Below are positions 9,292-13,619 of a DNA stretch of 13,619 nt, in pieces. The DNA is from Ascoidea asiatica JCM 7603. Its lineage: Eukaryota > Fungi > Ascomycota. A program made the position numbers and the translations under genes. The stretch spans positions 1,506,422 to 1,520,040 of the forward strand of contig BCKQ01000004.1 in the NCBI GenBank assembly GCA_001600695.1, read 5' to 3'. Position 1 is the stretch's first letter, and the number at the start of each line of letters is the position of its first letter. The notes under the pieces are model-generated. The model ran no database searches. It saw nothing but the letters and a program-made list of their open reading frames with translations, and was not told the DNA's origin.

Positions 9292-9507
9292 TGTGATACT
9301 ATATTCAGACTCATTCGATACATACCACGTGACTGCCGGTTGCGTTCAACCGGCTCCGAGGAGACTCACACCCGTGCGAAGCCAACTGCGGCTTGCCACC
9401 GAGAAAATTTTGATTCTCTCAGTCAAACATAAAAGAACTTCAGTTGTCCTTCTCTTTTATATTTTATATAGAGTTGTTTCCATGATCTCTTTTGATCAAC
9501 CATGTAA
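9292..9507 (+). mobile_element. Probable Ty5-like 5' LTR (ends uncertain)
   Basis: Starts with TG (TGTGATAC) just where RT homology of element D stops. GC-richer than the flanks. Has a TATA-like CATAAAAG (9428-9435) followed by a pyrimidine tract, ATCAACCA near the 3' end, and is immediately followed by a half-tRNA PBS-like motif. No clean terminal CA or target-site duplication found. Confidence 0.6.
9326..9333 (-). promoter_or_regulatory. Perfect CDEI / Cbf1 E-box (GTCACGTG on - strand)
   Basis: CACGTGAC on the + strand matches RTCACRTG. It is the only CACGTG I could find in the window. Confidence 0.65.
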
Positions 9508-9520
9508 GGTTATGATCCTG
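9508..9520 (+). promoter_or_regulatory. Degenerate Ty5/copia-type primer-binding site (half initiator-Met tRNA)
   Basis: GGTTATGA-TCCTG versus GGTTATGAGCCCTG, the complement of the yeast tRNAiMet anticodon stem-loop used by Ty5; one gap and one mismatch. Confidence 0.6.
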
Positions 9521-9779
9521 TTGGTGCTTCAACGACAGGTGAACCCGGGTATCCTGAATGGTATTTGAAATTAGCCTGCTTACTTTGTTTATCACTGTAA
9601 ATATTCTAAAAAACTGGCTAATGCAAATTTAAGTAATAATTGGGAAATGGATGGTGATTTCGAGTAAAATCTAGTTGTTTGTTCTGTTTATCGTTTCAAA
9701 TAGTATAGTAGATTTTATTTGCATTTTAAAATGGTTAAAAAAGTTTATCTATTTGAATATTTGTATTTCAAAATTCTTC

Positions 9780-10840
9780 AATTTCATTTGAAATTACCGT
9801 TTATTAATTTTACAATAATAAAGACAAGCTATCAATAGTACTCCTGAAATTTAAATTTAATTCAATCAATACTTTATAAAATATTAAATTTATTTCACAT
9901 CCATTTAATGAAATTAAAACCTAGTCAGACTAAAAATGGTAATTACATTGGTGATTAATTGAAAATTAATTTAAATTGTTGAATTGAATATTTGATTTCT
10001 ACATATGTTTATATTATTGGGGATCAACTGAGACACATTTTCAAATGATTAAATTAAGGATTACGCTTGACTCAATGGTAATACTAACCGAGTTGAATAA
10101 AAACATTAATAAAACGGCTTTTTGCTTAAACATCACCTAAGATGTCAACAATTGTTTTGAATTGGGTAAGTACAATAAATCATGTCAGAATGTAATTCTA
10201 CTTTCATTATGTTATCAATTCTTTATTATTCACTTTTAAAGTTTGTAAAATTTTAAATTTTGTTAGACCCATAGGACTGCTAATTAGTGTTTAATGTAGG
10301 AGGACTTTGTTGCTGATTTTTACAATACTCGAGGACTATTCACCAAGTCGCAAGTGGAAACTTTTTACTATATGGTTTGAATAATTAAAATTGTGTTTTA
10401 TGAAGATCTATATAAGATTGGGATATGAATATTTAAATAAAAGGATGTTTCTATGTGTGGGTAGCCAAGTTTCGAAAGAAAAGAAAAGTGCTACGGTTAA
10501 GTTCTTATCTTTTTCACTGGTCGAGTCAAAGATTATGTGTGTAATTCCCGATCACATTCCCTGACATATACTGGTGTGTCCTCTTTATTATTAATCTGCT
10601 AATTGATCAATTCTTTGTTATTCTTCATTAGAACTAACTATTGTTTCATCATTTAAATTACAAAATATATGAAATAGAAGATATAATGGTTTTGTGTATC
10701 TTTTTTGGTCACTTTTTGTTAAAATAAAACAAAAGTGGTAATCCCGGTGTGCATAACCAATAATTCCAGGTAGTTATTTTATGAAATTTTTTGACTCTTG
10801 TGAAACACGCTTTCCCACTATTAACGATTTTGGAATATTT
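9780..10840 (+). mobile_element. Very heavily eroded copia RT-RNase H relic, possibly the continuation of element D
   Basis: Faint motifs in the right order with roughly correct spacing: VLLKFKF (~9838), YIGD at the YVDD position (9944-9955), LLGIN (~10014), LTQW*Y (10067), VRPI for TRPD (~10262), YED...DW (~10400), GSQVS...SLVES (~10460-10530), QVVIL for QxADIL (~10767). Each motif is weak on its own. Confidence 0.5.
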
Positions 10841-11056
10841 TTCAAATCCAACTACACTTACTCTATCTGACTAGTTCATTAATAATTCATTCACAATTCC
10901 CTTTTACTTCATCCATCTAATTTTATTGTGTCACATAAAATTTTCAAAGTTATAATTCAATTAATCGTTCGAATTCCCAACGAATTGTCTTTCGTATATT
11001 CAATTACAAAATCTTTCTTAATTTTCTTAATTCCCTAATTTTTATTCTTCAAATAG

Positions 11057-13619
11057 TTGTTTATCATGCTTAGTCCTCATTATCTCATTGAATCCTCTTA
11101 TGATTCACTTTCACATGCAAATGCTTCTTCAACCTTTGTTCCTCAAACTGTGATTAACTATAATCAAGCTCCTTTAGATCTTCTTAATTTTATTGAAACC
11201 ACAATAATTGCAACTGATACTTCTGATTTTCAACCTCAAGATGCCAATTCTGATATCAGTGTTATGTTTAAAAAGATTACTCATTCTGGTGGTAAAATTT
11301 CAAATGATGTATTTTGTGTTTATAAAACAAAGTTCGTAACGATTTCTCATCAGAATCAGGTCTACCTTATTGGGGTAGAAGTCATATTTCTTTATCTAAT
11401 TGGAAGTTTTATTTTGATACTTTTTCAACTATTGTTTGTGAATGGCTAACCGGTACTGTCGTCAAAAATATTTATATTCTAGAAGATATTCAAATTTCTC
11501 CTAAAAGCATTTTTAATTATGTTTCAACTCTTCAATCGTATGGTCCTACTATTGAACAAGCGATTGGTAGAATGAATGCTACAACTGAATATTCAAGTGA
11601 TGCTTTTGCAGATATTCCTCTTGTACTTCAACATAAAGAAGATGAGTTCACACAATTTTTAAATACTGAATTAGATGCTTTGAGATCTCTTTATACTATT
11701 ACTAGACTTAATTTTGAAGTTCAAAAATGTCCTCAATCTGCTATATCTTTAAGACAGCCTTTGCTTAAACATCTTCACTCTTACACGAAAATTAGTTTTT
11801 CAGAAGTAAGAGAAATTATTGTCAAAGCTAATTTAACTCATTTAAATTATCTTGAAAACATTCAGCAAAAACTTTTCAATTTCGTCGCAAATGTGGTTAT
11901 TCTTTTGATAGTACTGTCAAAGCTAATGATACTTCTTCCTCTAAAGATGAATTTTCTGTTGGTAAGAAATTGAAAGGTAACTCTAATGAGAAAACTTATT
12001 GCAAAAAGCTTCAACATACATCATCTATGCGGAGCACATATTGATGGTAATGAGGATACTCCTGGTAAAGATGCTTCTTCTTCTGGGGTGTCTTCTCAAT
12101 AACTATCGTCCGTTGCTGTCATAGAGTCAGGTGATTCTCATAGATTTGTAACTACAGATTTAGAATAACTTTTATTCAATTTCAGACGTTCAACTATTTT
12201 ACTTAAGATCGCTAATGGATCTCAAACTGCTACTACTGTTGCTGGTTATATTTCAATTAAAATAAAAGATACTGATACTTTTTATACTATTCCTGCTGTT
12301 GTTGTTCCTTCAATTCATATGATTATTATTTTTATTAAACCAGTCTGTAAGATCTATAACATCTCTGTTTCCTTTGATGGTGATGAAGTTTTTATAAGAG
12401 ATAAACTTAATGATTATCCAGTTGGTAAATTTTCTTTGCCTACATATTGTTATCAAACAACTTCTATTGTTATAGCTTTGATCATCCTCCAGATATAATA
12501 TTAACCATTTATAATGTTACTATTAGTAATGCTACTCATTTACTTGAATAACATTATATAAATGGACATCCATCTTTTTCTACTATGGGAAGTATGGGAT
12601 AAAAAATAAGTATTGATGATGAAAGAAAGATAAAACAATGTCATAATTGTTCTAAAACCTAGATGAAACAATCAAGTCATACAAGTACCGTTGGAAATTG
12701 CTCGAGAAGGTTATTTCAAACTGGTCATTTGGATACTATTGGTGCTTATACCCTAAGTAATAAAACTAGAGAGTTGTATGCACTCATGATGGATGATTAT
12801 TCTAGATACGTATCTACTTTTAACTAGTCAATAAAGCACGAATTGCAAAGACAGTTCCAGATACAATCATCTTTTGGAAGAAACTTACTGGACTTAAACA
12901 TGGTGTTATCAAGAAACAGAATGGATTTAATTCAATAAACCTTACATTGGTTATAAGCTTCCTGATCCTGCTTATTGCCGTATTTTAATGCAAGAATTGA
13001 ACGGGGTGTTCAAAAGGTTAAAAGAATCGTTGATTCATTACGACATACTGTTGCAGATAATATAAACCTACTAGAATACTTCAAGCGTTATGCTTATGCA
13101 TAAGCTACTCAATTAAGCTATCGTTGTTATCATTCATCAACAAAACTGTTTCCACTCGATTTATTTTCAGGTAGAAAATCTTCTTTACTTAATAAATAAC
13201 CAAGATTTATCAAAGATAGTTACATATTTTATAAAACTCAAAAGGTTCTTGGATGTTTTATAGGTTACAATAACCTTCCAGCTACATATAAGTTCCTATT
13301 ACCTCTATATCCTATCCAGGAATGTCATTACCTTTGATCTTAATAGATGTAATGCAAATCATCTTTTAAATCAAATCAACTGTCGGTTACAACTACAGTT
13401 AATCAATCAAAAACCTTCATATCCAACCTATATTCCAATGTTTAACCGGCCTTGTCATATATTTTATCCAACTTTCGTTCTAGATGATACAACTCAAATA
13501 GAACCTACTGCAGGTATTGCTCCAAAGAAATATAAAGATGCTATCAGGAATCCTAATTAACGACTGGCCATTGATAGAGAAGTTCAAGCTTTAATTTATC
13601 GAAATGTCTTTGAAGAAGA
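11057..13619 (+). mobile_element. Degenerate Ty1/copia element E (gag, protease, integrase, start of RT); runs off the window end
   Basis: Gag-like ORF pieces 11057-11449 and 11572-11973; knuckle 12000-12039. Protease VIESGDSHRFVT for IDSGAS (12118-12153). Integrase HYINGHPS (12552), CHNC (12639), HLDTIG (12726), MDDYSRY (~12789), LNGVFKRL (~12997), GCFIGY (13251). RT start PKKYKDAIRNPN*RLAIDREVQAL (13522+). Confidence 0.93.

Noticed and set aside
9293-9568. 91-aa ORF as a gene
   Set aside because: It has a GTG start, lies over the LTR/PBS-like segment and shows no motif; local GC richness explains the lack of stops.
9292-9596. Longer solo LTR bounded by TGTGATA...TATCACT
   Set aside because: It lacks a terminal CA, the flanks (TGGTT / GTAAA) are not a duplication, and a PBS-like motif at 9508 argues the LTR ends earlier. 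Not fully excluded.
10745-10758. Minus-strand PBS (GGTTATGCACACCG)
   Set aside because: Only 7 nt match the tRNAiMet complement, and the site lies within the putative + strand RNase H relic.
10967-10978. tRNA gene or B-box (GTTCGAATTCC); a similar GTTCAACC occurs at 9344
   Set aside because: Neither fits GTTCRANNC, and no A-box or cloverleaf was seen.

Overview
AT-rich eukaryotic DNA, probably from a yeast or other fungus, with no intact gene. The window is a dense cluster of dead Ty1/copia (Ty5-like) LTR-retrotransposon fragments, all on the + strand. Fragment A (gag-PR-IN) spans 1-1753, B (IN C-terminus-RT-RH) 2410-4250, C (IN) 4262-5040, a gag-like relic 5068-5870, D (gag-PR-IN-RT start) 6470-9290, a heavily eroded RT-RH relic 9780-10840, and E (gag-PR-IN-RT start) runs from 11057 to the end. 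Most listed + strand ORFs are pieces of these pseudogenes; the rest, including all - strand ORFs, look spurious. Three things are not explained by ordinary decay. (1) A non-coding island at 1755-2409 has an ~83% AT core followed by six palindromic units with exact 99-bp higher-order phasing. (2) A well-preserved LTR-like segment at 9292-9520 carries a perfect CDEI/Cbf1 site, a CCG palindrome and a Ty5-type half-tRNA PBS. (3) Three elements share an atypical C-x2-C-x3-H-x4-H Gag knuckle and a shortened FGxD integrase C-terminal motif. The architecture is compatible with, but does not prove, a retrotransposon-cluster centromere region. All protein motifs come from manual translation, not from database searches.
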